Assembly: GCA_002307295.1 (NCBI GenBank)
Contig: DBTY01000052.1
Span: 24,714 to 88,713 of the forward strand
DNA: 64,000 bases
Reading direction: 5' to 3'
DNA from: Ignavibacteriales bacterium UBA1304
GTDB taxonomy: Bacteria > Bacteroidota > Ignavibacteria > Ignavibacteriales > Ignavibacteriaceae
The translations under genes were made by a program, and so were the position numbers. Positions within the stretch are counted from its first letter, which is position 1. Each line of letters begins with the position of its first letter. Below the pieces are notes generated by a model. It had not been told where the DNA came from. It did no database searches and was given only the letters and a program-made list of their open reading frames with translations. This document shows, piece by piece, positions 34,696 to 43,693 of this stretch.

Positions 34696-36135
34696 TCACT
34701 TATTAATTGCAGATATTTTTAACGTCCATGCATACTTGCATGGAGGATTGTTACGCGCAGACGCAGGAATAATTATTTTGCAGCCATTGTCTGTCTTTTG
34801 CCAATTTAGTTTTTCTCCTGTCCCCAGTAATTCAATTGTGGAATTATCGGGCAGAAGGAATTTATTTAAAGTAATATTTTCTGGGAGTGTCTTTTCGTCT
34901 TCATCAGCCAGATAAATTGCATATGTCGTTTTGTCCTGTAGCTGAGTGAAACAAACTTTCCTTTCTCTGTAAGGCAGTACAGGGCGCGAGTTGTAAATTG
35001 CCTGGCTGTTTACTTTCATCCATTTACTTATTTCATTTAAACGGTCGTAAGCCTCTTCTTCGTAATCGCCATTAGCAGTTGGCGCCGCGTTAAGCAATAG
35101 GTTTCCGCCTTTAGCTACAATATCAATTAATAAATGTATAAGCGTTCTTGCAGGCTTATATTCCAAGCCCGGCTCATACGACCAGCTTGGCGTCATTGGG
35201 ATACATGTTTCCCAGGGATATGGGAGAGTTTTATCAGGAACCTGGTTTTCAGGCGTGAGATAATTCTGTTGCGGGCCGGGAACAGCCCTATCAACTACAA
35301 TTATACCCGGTTGTTTTGCTCTTGCGTTTTTTGCAATCAGCGGCATGTTTATATCCTGATTCTGAATGCGGTGAATATTAGCGCTAGAAATTTTTCTTTC
35401 TTCTTCAATTTCGTTTTCCGTATAGCTGCGCACCCAGCATCCATCGAACCAGAGTATATCAATCTTGCCGTAATCGCTCATAAGTTCGTCTATCTGGTTA
35501 TGCGTAAACTCAACAAACTTTTGCCAGCGATCGGAATGTTTTATAATATCATAATTTGCATTGCGATCTGGCGTTGCAAAATTTTTCCACCAGAAATAAT
35601 CTGAATGCCAATCTGGTTTTGAAAAATATGCGCCTATCATAAATCCTTTTTTCCTGAATTCATCGAATATCTCTTTTGCGATATTTGCTTTTGTATTTGA
35701 ATGAAACGGACATTCGTCGTCTGTAACTTTATAATTGGTAAATTTAGAATCATACATGCAAAAACCATCATGATGTTTGGTAGTAAACACTACGTATTTC
35801 ATTCCTGCTTTGTCTGCAGCTTCTGCCCATTTTGCCGGATTAAAATTTACGGGATTAAAAGTCTTCTTTAATCCTTCATATTGCTTTTTGTATTCGGTAT
35901 AGTCCTCAATTTTCCTTTTACACCAGTCTTCATCTTCAGAACAGAGCGACCACGATTCTACAATTCCCCATTGGCTTGACGGAGCCCAATGCATCAGCAG
36001 GCCAAATTTATAGTTTTGCCATTCTTCTAATTTATTTAGAACAAGCGGGTCGGTTTCCGGGTAGTATTCCTTTAACGCTTTATCAATTTCAACTGCGCCT
36101 GCGTGTAATGATTCTTTTTTTTCTGTTTCGCTCAT
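34696..36135 (-). CDS. GH29 alpha-L-fucosidase, no signal peptide (cytoplasmic)
   Basis: GH29 core motifs: KFGLLMHWAP, AGMKYVVFTTKHHDGFCMYDS, ILWFDG. The N-terminus MSETEKKESLH lacks a signal sequence. Confidence 0.85.
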   Translation of the reverse strand: MSETEKKESLHAGAVEIDKALKEYYPETDPLVLNKLEEWQNYKFGLLMHWAPSSQWGIVESWSLCSEDEDWCKRKIEDYTEYKKQYEGLKKTFNPVNFNPAKWAEAADKAGMKYVVFTTKHHDGFCMYDSKFTNYKVTDDECPFHSNTKANIAKEIFDEFRKKGFMIGAYFSKPDWHSDYFWWKNFATPDRNANYDIIKHSDRWQKFVEFTHNQIDELMSDYGKIDILWFDGCWVRSYTENEIEEERKISSANIHRIQNQDINMPLIAKNARAKQPGIIVVDRAVPGPQQNYLTPENQVPDKTLPYPWETCIPMTPSWSYEPGLEYKPARTLIHLLIDIVAKGGNLLLNAAPTANGDYEEEAYDRLNEISKWMKVNSQAIYNSRPVLPYRERKVCFTQLQDKTTYAIYLADEDEKTLPENITLNKFLLPDNSTIELLGTGEKLNWQKTDNGCKIIIPASARNNPPCKYAWTLKISAINK

Positions 36136-36153
36136 ATTTGTAATTCCGGTTTA

Positions 36154-38997
36154 CTAATTAAATAATTCTTTAATTTTTTCTATTTGAATTTCCTGCGCTG
36201 GATTAAATGAAACGCTATGCATATATTTAATAATACTGAAAGTTAGCTGCTTAGCTTCCGGACGCTTTTCCGCATCTGTCAATAAGTCTATTCCGGAAAT
36301 TATTATTTTCCCTTTGCCAACCTTTGCTTCAATAATTAATCCCAATGGACGGTTTGTAAACCAGTCGTCAATAATCCGAACAACCGGCTGAATATTGCTT
36401 CCAAGCTCGTTTAAGAAAATTGCATTTGAATGACTCATTGCGTCATACCATTGGTAATTACTGTGGTATTGCGTAGGGAATTCTTTTAACAATGGATTTT
36501 TAGGATCGCATAAAATACACAGCGTGTGAGGCGGTTGTTTTAACGTCCAGGCTGTATTCCAAAAGATGCTTGAGAAGCCGACTGCAACGTCGCCCCCTTT
36601 TTCTTTTTTAACGCTTCCTTTTACAGGAGTAAGAAGAACCTTCCCTCCGTTATTAAGAAAATTAATTGTCTCATCGTCTAGCTGACGTACAATTTTAATA
36701 TCGGAACTAAAAATGGATTCGGAATTTTCATATGGATAAACCCAGAAGTCCCATTTATTGTTAAATGTTCCCACGCTTACTACAAGCGTATACATGGCGG
36801 GAGCTTTTAGTCCTGATAATGGATAACGGATGGAGCCTAATTTAATACCGTTATCAACTGGTATAGTTGTTTTTGCAAGCGAACCGTTAGCAACTATGTT
36901 TCCGGCTTCGTCTGTAATTTTCCATTCAGGAATTACTCCGTTTAAAGCCACAGGGCCGAAATGAGAAACTTCCACTGTCGCAACAAAATCTTCAGCAGAG
37001 TTGAAAATAAATTTTGACAAACGCGCAAGCGGAACGGTTGTATTACAAAATTGTTTGTATTCATCTGGCGTTACATATCCCTTTGAATCCCAGAATGGAT
37101 CTAACACGCCGATTAACGCCGTGCCTTGTCCGGGGAAATCATGCAGGTCAAGCAGCTGAAATCCGCCCAATCCTTTTGTGCGGAGAGCCGCTTCAATTTC
37201 GGCTTTATAACATAAGACCTGCAATTTACCTGAAGCGATCAAAAAGCTATCTGCAAGCTGCGCCATTCCATTATCGGCTAAAGTCTGTTTAAATATTTCA
37301 AAATTGTTTGCGCGTAAAACTCCGTCATATTTTTTTATTTCCTTAAAGTTTGGATAGACGCACCATTGACCAATTTCATGACTGATGACAGGCTTTCCTC
37401 TCCATTCAATAATATTATGCCAGTCGTAGTTTGAGCTTGGCGGCTGACTGTTTATTATACTGGTTAAGCCGGCTCCCCAAAGCTGAATACGCGGCTCGTA
37501 CATGCTATGAAAATCGTTTACCTCAAGAGCGGGCCAGCCTGATGCGCTTGAATACAGTCTGCGGTTATCTTTCTTTTTCCAGTGAGAAACAAAACCAGTA
37601 AGGTAACTTTGATGGTTAACTCCGTCTGGCTCGTTGCCGTATAGTAAAAAGCAAAATGAAGGATGGTTGCCGAACGCTTTTACAATCCTTTCGCTTTCGT
37701 CATAAATGTATTGATCAATTGGTTTGCCGTCGCCAAGGGACGAGCCCTGATTTGCCCAGGAAGAACATTCCACATACAAATATACTCCAGCTTTATCAGC
37801 CGCAATAAAAGCGGCTTCCGGCGGGCACCAGGAATGAAACCGCATATGATTCAGTCCGTAGCTTTTGCAGGTATTAAAAATTCTTGTCCATTCGTTTACG
37901 TCAACTGGAGGATAGCCGGTTTTAGGAAATACTGCGCATTCAAGCGTTCCGCGCAAAAAGGTTAATTTGTCGTTAACAGTAAATTGAGTCTTTTTTGTGC
38001 CAAGCTTTCTTAGGCCAAATATTTCCTCTTTAGCGTCGTAAATGTTTTTGGCGGAGAGTTTACAAGTCAGGTTATATAAATTCGGATTAAATTCGTCCCA
38101 AAGCAAAGCCTTATCGCCCATCTCATAATCAATTGTAATTGTATTAGCGCCAGGTATTAACTCAACTTCATTATTATATTCTTTAAATAAATGGCCATCT
38201 GCTGTTTTATCTTCCGACTTTGCCTGTATTGATAAATTTACTTTTTGTTTCTCTTCGGTTAAATTGATTATCTGAAATTCAACAGAGACTTTTTTATTTA
38301 TGATATCCGGAAAAATTCTGATATCGCCAAAATGAATTCTATCTCTTGCAGTAAGAGACATCTCGCCGATGATTCCATTCCAGTTTGTTTGCGAATGCTC
38401 CGTAAGGCTGCTTGAATTAGCTCCGGGATTTATGTCTTTGATCCTGTTATCAACGCATACAGTAATTGTATGATCGCCTGGAACTAATTTACCTGTTAAG
38501 TCAAATATATGCGGCGCGCTTAAAGCGTTCTGAGTTCCTATAAAGTTATCGTCGATCCACAACGCAGACTGCCAGTGGCAGCGTTCAAAGAAAAGCTCTA
38601 CCGATTTATCTTTCCAGTTTTTAGGGATTGTTATTTTTCGTTTGTACCAGGCGGCGCCATAGTAATTTTTATTTGGCTGGAGCCAAAAAGGAATTTTGAA
38701 GTTGTCCGCTTTGCGGTATTTTTCATATTGAGGTTCTTTGAAAAACGATGAATCAAGTATATTGCCAGTCCATTTTGTTGCAAGGGAAATATCATATCCT
38801 TTCCCGTTTTCCGCCATAGAACCGGGGAGATTTACCGTTTCGTCAAACGATTTGGAAAACCACTTTTCCTGCGTTCCTTTATCGAGCGAATCAATAGCAA
38901 ATTGCCATTTGCCGCTTAACTGAATTTCTTCCTGCGCATTCAATACGGAACAGGAAAGCAATACCAAAATTAGAAGGGTAGAGTATGTTTTTTTCAT
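36154..38997 (-). CDS. GH2-family glycosidase (beta-galactosidase/beta-mannosidase-like), lipoprotein-type signal
   Basis: Signal peptide with LLSC lipobox-like motif. N-terminal sugar-binding jelly-roll (LSGKWQFAID, WYKR). TIM-barrel motifs NHMRFHSWCPPE, NHPSFCFLLYGNEP (acid/base Glu). Confidence 0.75.
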   Translation of the reverse strand: MKKTYSTLLILVLLSCSVLNAQEEIQLSGKWQFAIDSLDKGTQEKWFSKSFDETVNLPGSMAENGKGYDISLATKWTGNILDSSFFKEPQYEKYRKADNFKIPFWLQPNKNYYGAAWYKRKITIPKNWKDKSVELFFERCHWQSALWIDDNFIGTQNALSAPHIFDLTGKLVPGDHTITVCVDNRIKDINPGANSSSLTEHSQTNWNGIIGEMSLTARDRIHFGDIRIFPDIINKKVSVEFQIINLTEEKQKVNLSIQAKSEDKTADGHLFKEYNNEVELIPGANTITIDYEMGDKALLWDEFNPNLYNLTCKLSAKNIYDAKEEIFGLRKLGTKKTQFTVNDKLTFLRGTLECAVFPKTGYPPVDVNEWTRIFNTCKSYGLNHMRFHSWCPPEAAFIAADKAGVYLYVECSSWANQGSSLGDGKPIDQYIYDESERIVKAFGNHPSFCFLLYGNEPDGVNHQSYLTGFVSHWKKKDNRRLYSSASGWPALEVNDFHSMYEPRIQLWGAGLTSIINSQPPSSNYDWHNIIEWRGKPVISHEIGQWCVYPNFKEIKKYDGVLRANNFEIFKQTLADNGMAQLADSFLIASGKLQVLCYKAEIEAALRTKGLGGFQLLDLHDFPGQGTALIGVLDPFWDSKGYVTPDEYKQFCNTTVPLARLSKFIFNSAEDFVATVEVSHFGPVALNGVIPEWKITDEAGNIVANGSLAKTTIPVDNGIKLGSIRYPLSGLKAPAMYTLVVSVGTFNNKWDFWVYPYENSESIFSSDIKIVRQLDDETINFLNNGGKVLLTPVKGSVKKEKGGDVAVGFSSIFWNTAWTLKQPPHTLCILCDPKNPLLKEFPTQYHSNYQWYDAMSHSNAIFLNELGSNIQPVVRIIDDWFTNRPLGLIIEAKVGKGKIIISGIDLLTDAEKRPEAKQLTFSIIKYMHSVSFNPAQEIQIEKIKELFN

Positions 38998-39053
38998 AGT
39001 AATTCAAATTTATTAAATAAATAAATGATTTGTTTTATATTTACTAAGACGCA

Positions 39054-41312
39054 TTATTTAACTACTATTTCATCAATGAACAACCATGATTTTTCTCCTT
39101 TATACGGATGCCAGTCAGGGCAAACTTTAAGGCTCTCCGCTTTAACTTTTATATATCGCGCGGATTTATTTTTAAAGAGAGCTGGGAATTCTTTAAGGAT
39201 AATCTCTGAATTTTTTTGAGGGACGTCATTCATAATGGTTTGGGAATCATTAAAATTAACGCCGTCATTTGAAAGCGAGGCTTCAACTTTATTTGGCAGA
39301 AAAACCCAGGAGTTCGAGTTTAATAGGAAGCGCGGAGAAACTTCAGAAACTTCTTTTGTTTCGCCTAAATCTATTACGCATTCAAAATCAACTCCTTCAA
39401 AACCCTGCCATGAGCCGTCATGGAAGTTATCCGTTCCTCGTACCCCGTCTATCAAACCGTTTTCGCCTCCGGCTCTGTATCTTTCATCATATTTATTAAC
39501 TAAAGTAATTTTGGAATTAAGAGCTTTATGAAAATCAAACGATAAAGTAGTCCGTTTGCCAATAAAATGGTTTTCTCTAAACGCGGCTATTTTTACGATA
39601 GTCGTTTTGTTTATTTTAATTGGCTCTGAATATAATATCGAAGTTGTATCGGCGTCGCTTCCGTCTATTGTATAGCGGACGTCAATCCCTGCCTGACCTT
39701 TTGAAATTGTAAGTAAAAATTCTTTTTTTGCATTGTCATAAGCAGAAGATGTTGTGATCACTTTTGTTTCACGGCCATATTTAATTCCGCGCGCATCTAA
39801 ATCTTTATAAGCTGTTTGGACGCGTGAATAAAACTCGTCGTAATTCTTATTCTGTGGATTATTCCAAAATACCTCGGCAAGAGCTAATATTCTTGGGAAA
39901 AGTTTACTGTCGACAGTTTCCTGCGGAGCCCGTTCCGTCCATAAATTGGCTTCGCCGCCAAGCACAAATTTCTTTTCCTTGGCCGTTAAATCATCAGGAG
40001 CAGGTTTAAAAGAATACGCAATGCGCAAATCAAGGTCTTCCGGATCTTCATTAAGATAAGTATGCGAAGCCGGAGAACAAATAGTATAATGCCCAAGTTT
40101 AACTGCGTCAATTGTTCCCTGAAAACTTCGCCATGACTGAACTACCATTCCCGGCGCCAGCCCTCCCTGTAAAACTTCATCCCAGCCAATTACTGTTTTG
40201 CCTTTTGAAGCAAGATAACCAGCAATTCGTTTAGTAAAATAGCCTTGTAATGCGTGTTCGTCTTTTAATCCTTCTGCTTTAATTCTAGCCTGGCATTTGG
40301 GGCATTCTTTCCATCTGTCTTTAGGCGCTTCGTCGCCCCCAATATGTATGTATTTGCCTGGGAACAATGCAGTAACTTCATCTAAAACGTCCTGCAAAAA
40401 ATAGAAGGTTGAATCGTTTCCTGCGCAATAAATATCCTTCATTACTCCCCACATAATCGTTACTTCAAATGGGCCGCCTGTGCATGAATATTCAGGGTAA
40501 GCTGCAAGCGAAGCAAGCGTATGCCCCGGCATCTCAATTTCCGGAACTATGTTTATATATCTTTCTTGCGCATAAGCTACTACTTCTTTAATATCTTCCT
40601 GAGTATAAAATCCGCCATATAGGGAACCGTCGGCTTCTTTACGCCATGCGCCAACCTGTGTCAGTTTTGGATATCTTTTTATTTCGATGCGCCATCCCTG
40701 ATCTTCTACAAGTCTCCAGTGAAATGTGTTGAGTTTATAGTAAGCCAATATATCAATATAACGTTTGATAAAGTCTTTGCTCATAAAATGACGGCAGCAA
40801 TCTAAGTGCAATCCCCGCCAGCTAAATTGAGGTTTGTCAGAAATCAGACAACAAGGAATTTCAATTGATCCGTTTTTGTCTGCTTTTACAGAGGCAGGAA
40901 TTAGCTGAAATAAAGTCTGCATTCCTCTAAACAAACCTTCTTCGTCTGACGCGGTAATTTCAATTTTATTCCTGGATACTGATAATTGATAAGCTTCTTT
41001 ATTCGATCCTGCAGACTGATCATTAATTTTAAAAATTATTTGCAAATGCGAGCTGCCAGTTAAGTTAGATTTAAGCTCTAATCCGGTAAAGGACTTAATT
41101 TGTGCTATAAAATAGCTTTTAAGCTTATCGCTTTGACTAATAATTGATGTTTTATCTGATAGTAAAACGTTGCCCTGCAGCCATTCGACTTTTTCTGGAA
41201 AAGGTATCAGATTTTTTCCTTTGTCGTTAAAGCCGTTTTCGAAAGCAAGTAAACCAGAGAAACTAAAGCCAATAGAAATTAAAAAAGAGAGGAGAAATGT
41301 TTTAAGTGGCAT
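39054..41312 (-). CDS. GH20 beta-N-acetylhexosaminidase with C-terminal chitobiase-C-like + discoidin-like cassette, secreted
   Basis: ATG at 41312 (AAGGA RBS) preferred to TTG 41327. GH20 motifs: FSWRGLHLDCCRHF, NTFHWRLVEDQGWR, EIEMPGH, IHIGGDE, WNN-type tail. Confidence 0.9.
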   Translation of the reverse strand: MPLKTFLLSFLISIGFSFSGLLAFENGFNDKGKNLIPFPEKVEWLQGNVLLSDKTSIISQSDKLKSYFIAQIKSFTGLELKSNLTGSSHLQIIFKINDQSAGSNKEAYQLSVSRNKIEITASDEEGLFRGMQTLFQLIPASVKADKNGSIEIPCCLISDKPQFSWRGLHLDCCRHFMSKDFIKRYIDILAYYKLNTFHWRLVEDQGWRIEIKRYPKLTQVGAWRKEADGSLYGGFYTQEDIKEVVAYAQERYINIVPEIEMPGHTLASLAAYPEYSCTGGPFEVTIMWGVMKDIYCAGNDSTFYFLQDVLDEVTALFPGKYIHIGGDEAPKDRWKECPKCQARIKAEGLKDEHALQGYFTKRIAGYLASKGKTVIGWDEVLQGGLAPGMVVQSWRSFQGTIDAVKLGHYTICSPASHTYLNEDPEDLDLRIAYSFKPAPDDLTAKEKKFVLGGEANLWTERAPQETVDSKLFPRILALAEVFWNNPQNKNYDEFYSRVQTAYKDLDARGIKYGRETKVITTSSAYDNAKKEFLLTISKGQAGIDVRYTIDGSDADTTSILYSEPIKINKTTIVKIAAFRENHFIGKRTTLSFDFHKALNSKITLVNKYDERYRAGGENGLIDGVRGTDNFHDGSWQGFEGVDFECVIDLGETKEVSEVSPRFLLNSNSWVFLPNKVEASLSNDGVNFNDSQTIMNDVPQKNSEIILKEFPALFKNKSARYIKVKAESLKVCPDWHPYKGEKSWLFIDEIVVK

Positions 41313-41705
41313 AAGAATCCTTATCAAATTAAATTCAATTCAATTAAATTAATATTTAGCTTAAAAAGAACCGTAATAATTTTATTAAAAAATATTCTAA
41401 CGCATCTGAATATACGGAAAAAAAATAAAAAAGCGCAATTGTTGCTAAAATTTAAAAAATCAAAGCAAAATTGATTTTGATTATGATAATATATTTACTA
41501 TTTTTTGCCAAGAGCTCGCGTTTATTTTTATAAAATAAAAACTTACTGAAAAATGTATCATTTGAAAGAAAAAAGGAAAGCATAAAAAAAGGACCTGGAC
41601 AATAATAAAAAATACTGTTTAAGAGGTTTATTTCGGAAATGACTTTACATGTAAAACCTTCTACAGCAAATAATTAATTTCGACATAAAATTCAAAAGGA
41701 CGCTT

Positions 41706-43655
41706 ATGAACTTAACGCTTATTGATTGGTTAATTGTAGTATTTTGTGTAGGAGTGCTCTTTTATGGGGTACATTTAAGCAAGAAATATGTAAAGAGCGT
41801 AGTGGATTTCCTTTCTGCCGGTAGAACTGCCGGAAGATATATGATTACGGTCTCTCAAGGGATGGCGGCTATTGGAGCCATTACAATAGTAGGCCAGTGG
41901 GAAATGAATTATGTCGCTGGTTTTGCGCTCAGATGGTGGGAATTTACCATGGCTGTAGTCCTTCTTGTTATGACAGTATCCGGGTGGGTGATATATAGAT
42001 TCAGGCAGACAAGGGCGTTAACAATCGCTCAGTTTTTAGAGATTCGTTACAGTAAAAATTTCAGAATTTTTGCAGGCATACTGGCATTTGTTTCCGGTCT
42101 GCTTAATTTTGGAATTTTCCCGGCTGTAAGCGCGAGGTTTATTATTTATTTTTGCGGATTTCCGCTTTACTTTCCGCTGTTTGGCATAAACATTTCAACA
42201 TTCCCAATCGTGATGGCTGGATTTTTACTCGTCTCGCTTTATTTCGTTTTTTCAGGCGGACAAATTGCAGTTATAATCACAGAGTTTATACAGGGAATAT
42301 TCTCGAATATAACATTTCTTGTTATTATTATTTACTGTTTGTTTTATGTTAATTGGGATCAGGTTTTTCAGGCTGTAAACGCCGCGCCTGCTAATGCGTC
42401 GTTGATTAATCCATACAAGACGAGCGCTGTTCCCGATTTTAACTTATGGTATTTCTTAATCAGCGTTGTAGGCGTAATTTATGTTAAATTGTCCTGGCAG
42501 GGTTCCCAAGGGTTTAACTCATCCGCTAAAAGCGCTCACGAAGCAAAGATGGGGGAAGTGCTCGGAAATCTTCGCGATATTCCAAGATGGCTTTTCCTTG
42601 TTTTAATTCCCGTTATAGCCTATACTATTTTACACCATTCAGATTTTGCAAATCTTGCAGCCGGAGTCAACCAAACCTTGACGGGCGTAGGCAATAAGGC
42701 AATTCAAAGTCAGTTAAGGATACCGCTTGTGCTTTCCAAGATGCTGCCAGTCGGCGTAATGGGCGCGTTTATGGCTGTAATGTTAATGGCTACAATCGGC
42801 ACGCATAATTCCTACATGCATTCATGGGGGAGCATTTTTATTCAGGATATTATTATGCCGTTCAGGAAAAAACCATTTGAACCCGGGCAGCATTTGAAAG
42901 TGCTCCGTTTATCAATTTTAGGCGTTTGCATTTTTATTTTTACATTTAGCCTTTTATTCCCGATGACTGATTATATTTTTCTATATTTTGCAATTACAGC
43001 CGCAATATTTGTTGGAGGATCCGGCGCAGTAATTATAGGCGGATTATATTGGAAAAGAGGAACGACCTGGGGCGCGTGGAGCGCTTTAATTGTAGGATCA
43101 GTCGTATCGGTCGCTGGAATAATTCTTCAGCAGGTTTATCCAAGTCTTCCAATTAATGGTCAGTACTATTGGGGAATTTCGATGGGAGTTTCTTCAATAG
43201 TCTATATATTAGTATCATTATTAGGTAAAAAACAAAATTTCAATATGGACAAAATGCTCCACCGCGGTCAGTATGCAAGTAAAGAAGACGCTATAATTAT
43301 TGACGCAGTTCCGGTTAAGGGTTTTAAAATGCTTGGCATGGGGAAGGAATTTACGCGCGGAGATAAGTTTATTTATATTGCCGCTTATAGCTGGACTTTC
43401 ATTTGGATAGCCGTATTTATAATAGGCACTATTTTTAATCTTTCGGGCGATGTGCCTAATTCTTCCTGGATGGCGTTCTGGAAAGCATTTGTGATGATTA
43501 ACCTTTCTGTTTCTATTATTGTGATAATTTGGTTTGCAATTGGAGGAATAAGAGATTTTAAAGATATGCTTTACAGATTAAAAACGATGGTTCGCGATCA
43601 TGACGATGATGGAACTGTTAAGCAGGAAGCTAATGAAGACGCAGGTATTAAATAA
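41706..43655 (+). CDS. Sodium:solute symporter (SSS) family transporter with extended C-terminus
   Basis: Polytopic membrane protein with SSS-type helices and a GG.YWKRGT motif (GGLYWKRGTTWGA). Two extra TM helices sit in a ~100-aa C-terminal extension. AAGGA RBS. Confidence 0.8.
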   Translation: MNLTLIDWLIVVFCVGVLFYGVHLSKKYVKSVVDFLSAGRTAGRYMITVSQGMAAIGAITIVGQWEMNYVAGFALRWWEFTMAVVLLVMTVSGWVIYRFRQTRALTIAQFLEIRYSKNFRIFAGILAFVSGLLNFGIFPAVSARFIIYFCGFPLYFPLFGINISTFPIVMAGFLLVSLYFVFSGGQIAVIITEFIQGIFSNITFLVIIIYCLFYVNWDQVFQAVNAAPANASLINPYKTSAVPDFNLWYFLISVVGVIYVKLSWQGSQGFNSSAKSAHEAKMGEVLGNLRDIPRWLFLVLIPVIAYTILHHSDFANLAAGVNQTLTGVGNKAIQSQLRIPLVLSKMLPVGVMGAFMAVMLMATIGTHNSYMHSWGSIFIQDIIMPFRKKPFEPGQHLKVLRLSILGVCIFIFTFSLLFPMTDYIFLYFAITAAIFVGGSGAVIIGGLYWKRGTTWGAWSALIVGSVVSVAGIILQQVYPSLPINGQYYWGISMGVSSIVYILVSLLGKKQNFNMDKMLHRGQYASKEDAIIIDAVPVKGFKMLGMGKEFTRGDKFIYIAAYSWTFIWIAVFIIGTIFNLSGDVPNSSWMAFWKAFVMINLSVSIIVIIWFAIGGIRDFKDMLYRLKTMVRDHDDDGTVKQEANEDAGIK

Positions 43656-43693
43656 CTATTAATAAAAAATTGTTAAGCTTTAAGGAGAATTTT

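Noticed and set aside
41456-41478. 8-bp inverted repeat AAAATCAA-N7-TTGATTTT in the divergent GH20 / SSS-transporter promoter region, considered as a ROK operator.
   Set aside because: It is short and AT-only, so it is easily produced by chance in a 378-bp AT-rich spacer. It is worth testing only alongside other evidence.
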